Source: Camelus dromedarius (lineage: Eukaryota). Taken from it: 64,000 nt of DNA. The notes below the pieces were generated by a model. The model did no database searches and was not told where the DNA came from. It saw only the letters and a program-made list of their open reading frames with translations. The number at the start of each line of letters is the position of its first letter. The stretch's first letter is position 1. The stretch covers positions 107,324,001 through 107,388,000 of the forward strand of contig NC_087437.1 of the NCBI RefSeq assembly GCF_036321535.1, in the 5' to 3' direction. Position numbers and translations under genes: made by a program. Below, piece after piece: positions 13,081-25,759 of this stretch.

Positions 13081-13497
13081 TGTAGGGAAAGAAATAAAAA
13101 AAATTTTTTTGAGATAAGTCTTCCCCTAAAATCATGCTGAATTTCTAACCACGAGTACCTCAGAATGACTGTATTTGGAGATATGGCCTTTAAAGAGGTA
13201 ACTGAGTTTAAATGAGGCCTGAGAGTGGGCTGTAATCCAATATGACTAATGTGCTTACAAGAAGAGGAGATTAGGACACACACAAACACACAGAAGACCT
13301 TGTGAAAGCACATGGAGAAGATGGCTATCTGCAAGCCAAGGAGAGAGATCTTGAAAGGACTCTTCCCTCATGGACCTCGGAAGAAACCAACCCTGTCAAT
13401 ACTTTAATCTTGGACTTACACTTCCAGAAAATACATTTCTGTTGATTAAGCCACCCAATCTGTGGTATTTTTATGGCAATCCTAGCAAACTAATACA
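13081..13497 (+). mobile_element. MLT1A/B-type MaLR solo LTR
   Basis: 'tacctcagaatgactgtatttggagat...ctttaaagaggtaa', 'agaagatggctatctgcaagccaagg'; ends 'cctagcaaactaataca'. Confidence 0.85.
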
Positions 13498-14695
13498 ACA
13501 TGTAAGTCATGTTCAGCATGTATCATGGATTTTGTTTTTGTTTGATTTTTTTTATGCATCCATTGCAGTACCTTGCAAATAACAAAAGTTCAATAAATGT
13601 TTCCGTTGTTGTATGCAATAAAATAGGAGAATGTATTTGTAGCCTAGACGACCAGATATCCATCAAAATTTCATGTGACTGCCCACAGTTGCCTAATGAG
13701 GGTCTATATGTCTCAGTGTCCTTGCATCTAAGTGGGACATTTGATTATTTCTCCTCATCAGTGTATGTTAGGGTGGCTTCTCCTGACCAACGCTGAAAAG
13801 AGCACACATGCCTTATCCACTCTTTTTTCCCTTATGCCTCCTGGATGTCAAAGCCCAAGGCAACATTTTACTGAATATTATAGATCTTTTATCCACCTGA
13901 ATCCCTAAGTGAATGAATGGAGCAGAAGCACTTTCCTTACTCGGTGCAGCCTTCTTAATAAAGCATCTTCAGAGGCATGCTACTTAATTGAGAAATAGCC
14001 TTGCCTGTGTTAAACCACTGAGATTATGTGGTTCATTTATAAAGTCGCTAGCATTTCTCTAAGTTGTATAGAAATGTTGTATTCAGTGTGAGCTGCTATA
14101 ATAAAAACCTAAAATATACGCTGCTGATTTAGCAGTCAGGCAGAAATCAAAGAGCAAACTTAGAGCTGCAGAAAGATCTATGTACCATAGTGGCAAAACA
14201 TTGCATAAAATTTTGCCTGTAATATGTTGGAACACCAACCACTTGTTTACCAAGCCTGTAGGGGAAGAAGGTTGGAAAAGTCAGCTATTAATAACTTATG
14301 TTGGTTGTCATTTGCTGAGTTTAGCAAATTATTATAAGGAAAGAGGTAAGCTCAGGCTTATAACCGGCTTGATTGAGAGCATACTTAGAAGAGAATAAAA
14401 ATTATGTGGGAACTGGGGGCCTCTCATTAGCGGAAAAGCCTCCCTTGCTCAAATGGGAAGAGATAGACCTAAAAAGCTTCTAGTTTCAAGGACCCATTAA
14501 GGTTCAGCACTGCATCAAAGGAGATATGAATTGTGGATCTTCTCAGCTATCCTACTAACATAGTGGCAACACAGACCCACAGATTTGAAAGGGAGAACTC
14601 TTGGGCCCAAGAAACCAAGGCATGAGTCAGGTTTGAGGGTAATATCTAGAAAGAACTGAGTTTTATTACTGAAACATGAACACAAAAAATTCAGG

Positions 14696-14909
14696 TAGTG
14701 TTGCCAGATTTAACAAATAAAAATACAAAATACCCAGTGAAATTCAAATTTCAGATAAATAACAAGTAATATTTTATTATATGTCTCAAATATCATATTC
14801 TATTTATTATAGAAATGATTGCAGAAGGCATACTTACACTAAGACATATTTGTTGTTTATCTGAAATTCAAATTTTATTGAGCATCCTATATTTTATCTG
14901 GCAACCTTA
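14696..14909. mobile_element. MER53 palindromic hAT MITE
   Basis: Termini 'tagtgttgccaga' and 'tctggcaacctta'; long inverted arms 'aaatttcagataaataacaa' and 'ttgttgtttatctgaaatt'; flanking 'attcag' is duplicated. Confidence 0.85.
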
Positions 14910-15584
14910 ATTCAGAGGCCTTCAGTCTTTTGAAGGGAGCCATATTATGGAGAAGTCATGAGCCCAAACAAAAATCTCTGAGTACTGGAGCCTTTAAACC
15001 AATACTTGGGCTCCAAAAATTGTATGAGAAGGAAGTGAGTTGGAAAATCTGAGTAGTCCACTAGGAAGGCATTACTTCCTAATGCCTACTTCAGATGTGG
15101 CCACAGAGAATAATGCTAAGGAAGAACTTTCCAGAAATCAGAGCCAAGGGCTGCAGAGAACAATGGACAAAGGCATTCCTCAGGGTCTACTTAAGGAAAT
15201 GATTCCAGCACTAAAGCAATAATACCTACAGGAGGTTTTCTATTTTTTTGGTGTGTATTTTGCTGTTGAGTCTCCAATTTTTCCTTGTGGGTGACAATAA
15301 TTGTGCTAAACCTGTTTCATCATTTTATATTGACTGTGGAGAAATGAGTGGCAGTGGGATGATAACTTGCTCTTTATAATTTACTAGATCAGGAGGAGCC
15401 TTATTGGGACTGAAAGGTAGACATCCAGACTTTGAGCTGGATGCCATAACTGGATAGCCCTTAAGGTGGTTCTCCTGGTGAGAGTGTAAAGATTCTCTAT
15501 GTGGGAAAAAGTCTATACATAAGGAATTTGGAGGCTAGAAGGGCTAAAAAACCCAGGTCAGGATTTTTTGTTTCCCAATATAGG

Positions 15585-15786
15585 CAAGAGTCAGCAAATT
15601 TTTCTGTCAAGACCCAATTGGTAAATATTTGATGCTTTGCAAACCAACAGGCAAAATAGAGGACATAATGTAGGTACTTACATAACAACCATTTAAAAGT
15701 GTAAAAGTGCACATTCTTAGCCTGTAGGCCATAAAAAATAGTCAGGAGGCTGGATTTGACCCAAGCCTGTAAGTTTTCCATCCCTG
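15585..15786 (+). mobile_element. MER58C-type hAT-Charlie MITE
   Basis: 'cagcaaattttt ctgtcaag', 'ggcaaaatagaggacataatgtaggtactta', 'ggctggatttgaccc...ccctg'. Confidence 0.75.
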
Positions 15787-17090
15787 ATGTAAAGCTGATG
15801 GTAGAAAGCAGCTTCTTACCCAAGAATTTTACTCCCTAGGCTCATTTGCATTTTTCTAGGGGCATGTGACTAATTATGACTAATGGAATGTGAACAGAAA
15901 TGGGTGCTGTGAAGGTCCACATTTTCTTTCCTACTCTATCATCATCTGATTGTCATGCATAGGACAATCTGGGAAGTCAACAGTTAAAAATGAAGAACCA
16001 AATACAGCTGACCCCCTAATAAGACGGAGCAGATGTCTAAAATCTCAGGAACACTGTGTTGGTAAATTATGTAAAAACATAATACATTTCTATTACATTA
16101 AGATGTTGAAATGTTGGGTTTCATTTATGACTGCAGCTGGTGTTGTACTAATTAAAAAACTGCTCATTTCATAGATATGTTCCAAGATTGAGTCTTTATT
16201 AAAATACTGTATCCCCTGGAAGCCTAGAATTTCTACCCATTAAATAATTTTCTTCCTCATATTAATTCTGACAGATCCTAAATTGTGTTCACTTTTTTCG
16301 CTAATACATTGGATCCATTTTCAATCAGATCAGTTCATAGCATATTTTAACCAGCTTTTGACTTATTTAAACAGATAATTTTTCTAAATCAATGCACACA
16401 TTATAAAGCTATGTCTTTAAAAATGTATTTAAACGACAATAATTAGCTATTAAAGGAGGATGAACTACGGAAACTCTTGAAACTGTATCTGATATCTTGT
16501 TTTGTTTATGTTTCCCTTAACAATGTATCAGTGAGAAATTGTTCATCATATAATATCATCCATGATCTGAATAGAAAGTGCAAACTTACAAGAATAGCAA
16601 ATTATTTTTCTTTAACTTTCTAATTTGTACACTTGTATAATCATTAATTTCAAAGAGAAGAGTCTTAGTGAAGCATCTATTCCTTCTAACCTCTCCACTC
16701 CTCTATCAACTTTACCAAAGTGAAATAAAATCTGATGTCTTTTTTGTAACATTTAAATGATCAAGTATTTGTTAAAGTGGTCAGAAATCACTGAATTTTA
16801 GAAAGAGTGCAGAACAAATTCAGAAGAAAGTAGAATGATGAAGTTAAGGAAACAGAGATGCTCCTGGAGTAAGTCAGTATATTTGTTGTGTCACCAAACA
16901 AATCAGACCAAAAAATTAAGAATGTCTTGAGATTTATTCAATGCGTATGGGAAGATAAGATCCACAATTAAATAAATGGTCTATATTTTCAGCATCTCTT
17001 CTAAGCTAGAAACAGTTTCCTGGTACTCTTCTGCATCAAAATATTACTCTCCCTTGCAAAATCAGAGTATTTGATACACATGATATTTTA

Positions 17091-18212
17091 TTTTATGTTG
17101 CTCATTTAATTGAAATGTAGTTGATTTACAATGTTATATTAAATTTGGGTGTACAACATAGTGGTTCAGTATTTTTATATATTATACTCCATTTAAAGTT
17201 ATTACAAAACTATGGCTGTATTTCTCTGTACTGTGCAGTATATCCTTATTACTTATTTATTTTATACACAGTAGTTTATACCTCTTAATCCAGTAAGCCT
17301 ACTTTGCTGCTCCCCCTTCTCCTTTTCCCATTGTTAACCAGTAGTTTGTACCCTATATCTGTGAGTCTATTTCTGTTTCATAACATTCATTTGTTTGTTT
17401 TATTTTTTAGATTCCAGATATAAATGATAACATTGAGTAGTCATCTTTCTCTGTATGATCTATTTCACCAAGCATAATACCCTCCAGGCCCATACATGTT
17501 GTTGTATATGGCAGAATTTTATTCTTTTTTATGGCTCAGTAGTATTCCATTATGTGTGTGTGTGTATCTATAAACACACATCACTTCCTCTTTATCCATT
17601 CGTCTATTGATGGACACTTAAGTACCTTCGATATCTTAGTTACTGTAAATAATGGTGCCATGAGCATTGAGGTATATGTATTTTTTTCAATTTTTTTTTC
17701 CTGATATATAACCAGGAATGGAATTGCTGGGTCATATGGTAGTTCTATTCTTAATTTTTTTTAGGACTCTCCATACTGTTTTTCACCGTGGCTGCATGAA
17801 TTTACATTCCAACCAACTGTGTATTATGATTCCCTTTTCTCCACATCTTTGGCAATATTTGTTATTTGTAGGCTTTTTGATGATAGCCATTCTGACAGAT
17901 ATGAGGTGACATCTTTTTGGCTCTATCTCTGAAGACAAAATAAAAAAAAAAAAACAAAACAGATGGGATCTAATTAAACTTAAGAGATTTTGCACAGCAA
18001 AGGAAATCATCAACAAACCCAAAAGACAATCTACTGAATGGGAGAAAATATTTGTAAATGATATGGTCATTAAGAGGTTAATATCCAAACTATATAAACA
18101 GCTCATACAGCTCAATATCAAAATATATACTTTTCCAAAGAATATATACATACGGCCAACAGGCTCATGAAAAGATGCTCAACATCACTAATCAAAAAAT
18201 GTAAATCAAAGG
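17091..18212 (-). mobile_element. LINE-1 with 5' inversion (3' part on - strand about 17091-17914; upstream ORF2 part inverted, on + strand about 17915-18212)
   Basis: Strand switch at about 17914/17915; TSD tacacaNNatatttta at 17075-17090 and 18213-18228. Confidence 0.88.
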
Positions 18213-19244
18213 TACACAGCATATTTTAAAATACCATTTAAAGTTGTGGGTTTTAAAAAATATATAATCTATTTGAATGATCACACTGTGTAGTCCCAGA
18301 ATTGCAACTTATTTTTCTGGTTTGGTGCTAAGGAATATTTATTCCACCATCTGGAAAAGTTATAAAAGGATAAACCTAGAGATGTGTCAGAAATAGCAGT
18401 AGATATATCTTACACAGTCATGTGACTATTTGTTGATGTGATTAGCACAGCTCAGGCTTCTATAAATCACATATCTCAAAACAAATGACAAATTCTGCAT
18501 TCCTAAAATGGTAAGACATTTCAAGCAAAACTCTAGCTGGTAGCTACCCTCCTGAGCTCTTCCACTTGTCTGGTGCCTTCAGTTTCATCAGTTTTCCAGA
18601 GCTGGGCCTGCTAGGGTATTTCACACACTGCCTTGGGTGTTCGCTTTTTATGGTCTGCTAATTCAGTTAGCATTTGTCCATGAATTTTCCAACTTCTCAA
18701 GTTTTGTTGCTGTTTTCATCCTTTTAGCCTCCCCATCACTTTTATTTTTGTGGGTGACTTCTTTTGAAAAAACCCCATAACCTTTGTTGACATATTTGTG
18801 AGGTCCCAGGAGAATGTGGAACCAAGTAACTATCAAATCCACCATGCTTATTTGTAAGTTCAGCATATTTTTTAATAGTGGGATAAACACAGTTTGATGA
18901 TGCTGGGAACTGAATTTTGAATAGACAAAGTAGTTTCTCCAGAGGGAAATATCTACTTTTATTCAAAACAACAACAGTCCTCTTTGGAATGAACAGGATC
19001 TGACCACCAAGAACTGGTACCTAAATTACTCATGTCATCAAAATAGAACAGGACATGGTTAATCGAATCCACCCAGGTTTGTTATAAACAGCCAAGATCT
19101 TACATGAGGAATTTAATCTCATTCTCCTGGAATCCAAATCTTGTACCAATTTACTCTAGGCTAGGAACGTACTTTTGTTTTTCTCTTAAGAAAAACTATG
19201 AAAATACAATTAGACAGTGTGTTCTTGGATATGTTAGATTTGGT

Positions 19245-19375
19245 GGAGTCAGCAAACCTTGTCTCTAGAGGGCCGGATAATAAATATATTTGACTTCGTG
19301 GGCCATGTGGTCTCTGTCACAACAGCGGCCTCTCTGTCACTCAAAAGCAACCATAGACAGAGGGAAGCAACTGGC
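19245..19375 (+). mobile_element. MER58A fragment
   Basis: 'agtcagcaaacctt...agggccggataataaatatatttgacttcgtgggccatgtggtctctgtcaca'. Confidence 0.7.
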
Positions 19376-19747
19376 CCTCCTGGGAGGCATTGCTATCGCC
19401 TGATGGCTAGGTGTGATCATGGATGCATTTTTAAATGAAGCATTTCAGAAGCACACACAACAATGTAAGAAGACACATTGTTTTATCTTGATTATCACTG
19501 CCATCTAACAAACAAACATTGGTTTCTGAAAAATAATTTTCAGCTAAGTGGGAATTTCTTGTTACCCAAGAGATTCCCCGACAGCTGCTAAAACACAGGT
19601 ACTTATGTAAACCATCTTTAATAAGACGGAGCTTAAAGGCATGGCTAGCTTAAAGTCAAAATAATAAGAGATGGTTTATATGATACTTCCTTTGTTTTCA
19701 TTATTTCATCTTTCTGAGTTCAAGTATCTCTGTGAGATAGTGTAGGG

Positions 19748-19890
19748 CAGTGATCATCAAACTTTAGCATGTGTAAAAATCACAGGGAGGGTTTCTTAAA
19801 ATACAAATTCCTGGATACTCCTACAAGAGATTCTGACTTAGTAGGTCTGGCATGGAGACTGGGAATTTGTATTTCCAATTTTCCATGTGC
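19748..19890. mobile_element. MER5A hAT MITE
   Basis: 'cagtgatcatcaaactttagcatg...agagattctgacttagtaggtctgg'. Confidence 0.7.
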
Positions 19891-20419
19891 TGCTATTTCA
19901 ATAGAATCACTCAGGGAAATCTTTACTCAACACCTACTCTAGTAAATTCTCTAGGATTGGGACCTGAACCTATGAATTCTTAAAAATTCACCTTATGAGA
20001 TTTCAGTGTTCAACTGGATTTGAAATGAGTGGCTGGAATATATAAATGCTTTTTTTTTCCCTTGGTGCTTTTGTAGAATAATTTTATGTTTGAAATCTTG
20101 CTTATAGCTGGCTCTCAGTAAACCTATTATTAATCATTTGAAATAGATTTCAGAAAGGACAATATCTCCATTTGAGAAGGTCACAAACATGGGTAATTGC
20201 TTTTGTTCTCAGATTACTTTAAATCTCCACATTCTTCTGTCTGCCATGGATAAGGAAAGTTGTTGAAGAAGTCAGTTGGTTTTCCAAGGTCCTTCCAGAG
20301 TGATGTTGATAATGGAGATAATAATAATGATGATAATTTAACAAATAAATAAATTGACACCTTTCTACATTTCTATTTACTAGCACTCTGTCAGCTTGGA
20401 TAAATAAATTGCTTTTCAT

Positions 20420-20930
20420 CAAAGTATATCTGATTTACAATGTTGTTTTGGTTGCTGGTGTACACCATAGTGATTCAATTATACAATTGTATATGTATAC
20501 ACATATACATAGTGATTCAATTATTATATGTTCTTTTTCATTACAGGTTATTACAAGCCATTGACAATCCAGTAAGACTTTGTTATTTATCAGAAACAAC
20601 TCTGTTGGGATTTTTGTTATTTTATATATAGTAGTTTGTATTTGCTAATCCTAGTCTCCTAATTTATCCCTCCCTCCAGCCCTTCCCCCTTTAGTAATCA
20701 TAGTTTGTTTTCTATGTCTGTGAGTCTGTTTCTGTTTTGTAAATAAGTTCATTTGTGTTATTGTTTTTAGATTCCACATATAAGTGACATCATATGATAT
20801 TTGTCTTTCTCTGTTTGACTTACTTCACTTATTATGATAATCACTAGGTCCATCCACGTTGCCACAAATGGCATCATTTCATTCTATTTTATGTATTTCA
20901 CACATACATATCTTCTTTACCCAATCATCT
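20420..20930 (-). mobile_element. LINE-1 3' UTR fragment
   Basis: Shares motifs with the L1s at 9716 and 21660 ('tctatgtctgtgagtctgtttctgttttgtaaataagttc', 'tagattccacatataagtga'). Confidence 0.88.
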
Positions 20931-21659
20931 CCAGGTGTATTACCTACTGAAACACTGAGTTCATTTTATAATATATCCTGTATTAGATTTAATACTGATG
21001 CTTTGTTTTAGATTTTTAGTTATGGCACATATTTTTCTCTGCAGCTAACGTAACTAGGAAGACCAACTGTGATTTCAAAACAGTCACATTAAAAAAGCAT
21101 GTGCATTGTAATACCTGTGGATTTATGGTAAGTGGTAAAATAGTAGATAAAAAATTGCCTAAGACTGGACTATGCAATTGCATAATTTTCCTTACAAAAC
21201 AGCTGTAATTCTTATTTTTTGATTACAAATATCATGTGATTTGGGGCAGGGGACTCAGAAGCTATAAATTCTTTTCAGTGTTACTTTATAAATTACATTT
21301 TAAAAATAAAATTTATTGTCTTTTATAAGCCCATTGCCTTGTTCTTTTTTTCCTACTTCTTAATCATTCTCTTGAATCAGCTAGGCTTTTAAATCCTTTT
21401 TCTTTGGAGTTCAGAGTTTATTGTTTAAATGTTTAAGACTTTCTTCTGTGTACTTTTTTGTTCTCTACTAGGATTCAAAGTCGAGTGGAAAACTGCTGAA
21501 CTTTCTTTGTAAGAGGTTTCTGTTTACAGGGCCCCTCTCTCTCTCCTCTATTTGACTTTACATTGACATTCCATTTGGGAGCAGAGTTATCAAAAAAGCA
21601 TGAGAACCTTCTGAACTTTCCTTCCAGAGGTTCTAGTTCCCATATATACATATATTTAA

Positions 21660-22765
21660 AATTTTTTTATTAAGGCATAGCCAGCTTACAATCTTGTGTC
21701 AATTTCTGGTGTACAGCACAATTCTTTAATCATACGTGAATATATGTATATTCATTTTCATATTCTTTTTCACCATGAGCTACTACAAGATATTGAATAT
21801 GTTCCCCTGTGCTATACAGTATAAATTTGTTGTTTACCTGTTTTATGTATACATCAGTCAGTATATGTAAATCTCAAATTCCCAGTTTATCCCTTCCCAC
21901 CCCCCTTTACCCTGGCAACCACAAGTCTGGTATTCTATGTCTGTGAGTCTGTTTCTGTTTTAGAAATGCATTCATTTGCCTTTTTTTTTAGATTCCACAT
22001 ATGAGTGGTATCATGTGGTATATTTCTTTCTCTTTCTGGCTTACTTCACTTAGAATGACATTCTCCAGGGCCATCCATGTTGCTGCAAATGGCATTATTT
22101 TATCATTTTTATGGCTGAGTAGTATTCCATGGTATAAATATACCACATCTTCTTTATCCAGTCACCTGTTGATGGACATTTAGGTTGTTTCCATGTCTTG
22201 GCTATTGTAAATAGTGCTGCTATGAACATTGGGGTGCAGGTGTCTTTTTGAATTATGATTCCTTCTGGATATATGCCCAGGAGTGGGATTGCTGGGTCAT
22301 ATGGTAAGTCTATTTTTAGTCTTCTGAGGAATCTCCATACTGTTTTCCACAATGGCTGCACCAAACTGAATTCCCAGCAGCAGTGTAGGAGGGGTCCCTT
22401 TTCTCCACAGCCTCTCCAGCATTTATCATTTGTGGACATTTGAATGATGGCCATTCTGACCGGTGTGAGGTAATACCTTATTGTAGTTTTGATTTGCATT
22501 TCTCTGATAATGAGTGATACTGAGCTTTTTCTAATGTGCCTATTGGTCGTTTGTATGTCTTCAGTAGAGAATTGCTTGTTTAGGTCTTCTGCCCATTTTT
22601 AGATTGAGTTGTTTGTTTTTTTTCTTATTAAATCATATGAGTTGTTTATATATTCTGGAAATCAAGCCCTTGTTATTTTCACCTTTTGCAAATATTTTCT
22701 CCCATTCCAATTGTTGTTTTGTTTTGCTTTGCTTATGATTTCCTTTGCTGTGCAAAAGCTTGTAT
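21660..22765 (-). mobile_element. 5'-truncated LINE-1 with an ORF2 C-terminal remnant (ORF 22095-22499)
   Basis: Translation [19 protein letters not shown]...[17 protein letters not shown]...[13 protein letters not shown]...[21 protein letters not shown] is the L1 ORF2 cysteine-rich C-terminus; candidate TSD ttcccatatat at 21637-21647 and 22769-22779. Confidence 0.95.
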
Positions 22766-24414
22766 GTTTTCCCATATATTTTGATCGACAACAGGAAAGG
22801 GCAATAAGAAAATACTTTAAGCAAATTGTTTATTACTTTCAATGATTGCAATATAGTATCCTTAAACATCATCCACGGAAGAACAGGGAACCCACGCTTG
22901 CTCATTTGTCTAATTTTCTTATTGAAATCATGGAATTGTGTAGGTAGAAGTTTTGGGAAGTCCTTCAGCATTATAGTAATTTGAGCTTTCATATTGATTA
23001 CTTTTGGATAAATGTGATTTTCAAAAGCATGTTTTTAACTCCTTGTCCTGACCCCCCCAAAATCATTAGGTCTGCAGATAACAGAACTGTTAATAAATAA
23101 AAATGTGAAAGCCACATAAAAAAGGAAAATGTATAATGCTTGTGCAGAAAACGCAAGGCAGTCTAGTCTTTGTTGCATAAAAACAATTGATAATGAGCAT
23201 GCTACAGCATTGTGGGTGGAGATTATACCACCAATTGTTCTCTCAAGGGACGGAATCCAATTAGGAGAGAAAATCCAGCCTGACAATTATTTTATGTCTC
23301 ACTTTTCTGTTTTGATCAAACGCCCCTTCTGGGCATCTGGTCCCTTTGATGACTGACTTCATAGGGCCACTGACTAGTAGGGTTGATTAGACAGATGACA
23401 AACCTGGAGACACTATTCTTTAAGGGAAGAGAATTGGACTCAGAACCAGACAACTTGGCAGAACCCTGATCTGTCACTACAAGGTAGTTACATTAGTTTA
23501 TTTACGTTTAAATGATTATAATATCTTGTGTGCATGGTCTGGGTGAGGACTAAGTGACATAATGTTTGTAAGATGCTTAGCACAGCTTTTGAATCACTAT
23601 AGGGGATAAATATCTGTTGACTCTCGTATCAGGAAGATCACATTTTAGTGAAGGTCACAAGCTGAAGACAATGTAGGATCTAAGAAGATTTTATTGAAGG
23701 AATATTTACCCAAGAGAAATGGGCTTTTCCGATCACTTCTGTAGAGAACTGCAGAGAACACTGGAGTTAAGGAAAAACAAAGTGTGATATGTGCAGACAA
23801 AAATGAGAGAGAAAGAGAAATGTTATAAGACTTTGAATTTCCAGCCAACAAAGAGAAATAAATGATTCATTCCTGATACAGATAATAAACTGGTGCAAAA
23901 ATGAATTAGAATTCTGAAAAAGGAGCCTCAACTAACAGTCTATTTGCACAAAATCTCTTTCAACTAAACACGTACAGAAAGATTGAAAACTTTTTGGCTT
24001 TTTCCAATCCTATTCGAAAGAAGGCAGAGGAAAGAATTGAAGTGATTACATCAAACTATACGATTCTCATCCAATAGGAAGTAACTGATTAGTTCCTCCC
24101 CAAGTTCCTATCATAGTTCCCCATGGTCGGAACTTGAGGAGAAGAGACCATGCCATTCTATTGCCTTTAATAAACAAGGGGCTGGAAGGAAGAAAGAGTC
24201 CAATGTGAGCTGTCGGCTTTAGGAAGACAGGTTTTAAAATGTTCAGAATAAAGTTATTCCATAGCTTGAAATTCTGAAAGATAAAATGTTTTAAGAGAAG
24301 AGAGGAACTTAAAGATGATGTAGTTCTAACTATAATCATTGATGTTATCAACCCTAAAATAAAGGGAGATGCATATTTTTTAAATGTAATCTCTATAATG
24401 AAATTAAAGAAAGA

Positions 24415-24665
24415 AAGTGGCAAAGAAGTTGGAAGTTTAGGCTTTGGAGCCAAACTGCCTAAATTTGAAAGTCAACTACTGCATTTATCCCGTATTACTC
24501 AATCTCTCAGTGCCTCGGTTTTCCTTCTAAGAAGTAGAGGATATAATTTTATCTATATTTTAGGGTTCCATGAGAATAAAGTGAGTAATACATGTAAAGA
24601 ACTCACAAAATTTACTAGAGTTTGGTATGTAGAAAAAAATAAATTATAGGCATTATTATTATTTA
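24415..24665 (+). mobile_element. MIR SINE
   Basis: 'ggctttggagccaaactgcct', 'tactcaatctctcagtgcctcggttttcct'. Confidence 0.7.
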
Positions 24666-24699
24666 TTTTCCCTCAACTCCATGCAACAGCAACAGTAAC

Positions 24700-24940
24700 A
24701 ATAGAAGTTAATATTAATTGTATACTTACTCTGGGCTAACCATTGTACATAAAATGCTTAAATCAATTTTAACTTCAAAAATTATACAAAATATGTATTA
24801 TTGTTATTATTCATATTTTAGATACAAGAAAAATAAGCTCTAAGAAGTTGAGTAACTGGGCCAAGGTCATGGAAGTATGTGATGGTGGAGCAGAGAAGGA
24901 ACCATGCAGCCTGACTCAGGTGTCCTGGTTTTAACTCTGT
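24700..24940 (-). mobile_element. MIR SINE
   Basis: 'agaagttgagtaactgggccaaggtcat'. Confidence 0.6.
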
Positions 24941-25490
24941 TCAGTGCTAAACACTGCATTTTTGAAGTATAATTAACTTACGTTTGCAGAGACATTATGT
25001 TATGGATATGTAATATAAATAACACATAGGCTTTATTTTAAAAACAGTTTTGAGAGAAATGGAATGTACAGTAACTTTTCAATCTGACTGCTTTATTTCT
25101 TGCTAAGAAATAATTATATTATGATATGTGGTCAAGGTCACTTGACTTGCTGACCAAACATTTGCCTGGTGTCTTTATTGAATTTTGTGCTGTGTTATTT
25201 TCCAACTAGTTGCTTTATGACACCTTGACAACTAACGAAAACCAATGATATACAAAATAGTGGTCAATCGGGATCGTCCAGCACAGTGCTGGAGTTGATG
25301 CTTCAGCCTGTCAGTTGAGGGTGTAAACACAGTTCTAGTACAAGAGCTCCGCCCATTTCTTAAGTAAATTATGTAATGATACAAAAGACTGGGGAACTAC
25401 TCTATGAAATCATTGTTTGGAAGTTAGTGGCTTATCTGCTCTCAAATTTCTTCTTTACTTTTCCTCTATTTTCTCTCTCTGTTTACCTAG

Positions 25491-25511
25491 AAGTCAAAGG
25501 ATCTCTTCCAG
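25491..25511 (+). other. Candidate 21-nt microexon (unverified)
   Basis: Polypyrimidine tract of about 40 nt, TAG acceptor ending at 25490, 21-nt body and a perfect CAG|GTAAGT donor. Confidence 0.25.
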
Positions 25512-25759
25512 GTAAGTATTAGGGGGCCCGACTTTCATGAATATGGAAGACTGTATATAGAATTCTAAGTTGACAGTCTTTTACTTTCTAGATGTTAAAG
25601 ATGCTGTTCTCAGTCTTTATTAGTATTTGTTGAAAGTATGCAATTTTTTTTATGTTTATTCATTTGAAGGTAATATGTCTTTTATCTCTGGGTACTTTTA
25701 AGATTTATCATTTATTGATTTTATTAGTAATTTGATGACAAGACTCAATGGTTTTCTGT

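Larger units (their letters stand above)
13690..16155 (+). mobile_element. Decayed MaLR provirus (MLT1J-like LTR / internal / LTR) with nested MER53 and MER58
   Basis: LTR 3' end 'tgtgttaaaccactgagatt' (about 14010-14070) is followed directly by the internal start 'gaaatgttgtattc...gctgctataataaaaacctaaaatat'. The internal end motif 'gactttgagctggatgccataactggat' lies at about 15430, and a second LTR runs to about 16155. Confidence 0.6.

Noticed and set aside
22095..22499. 134-aa ORF as a host gene
   Set aside because: It is the LINE-1 ORF2 C-terminus inside a 5'-truncated element.
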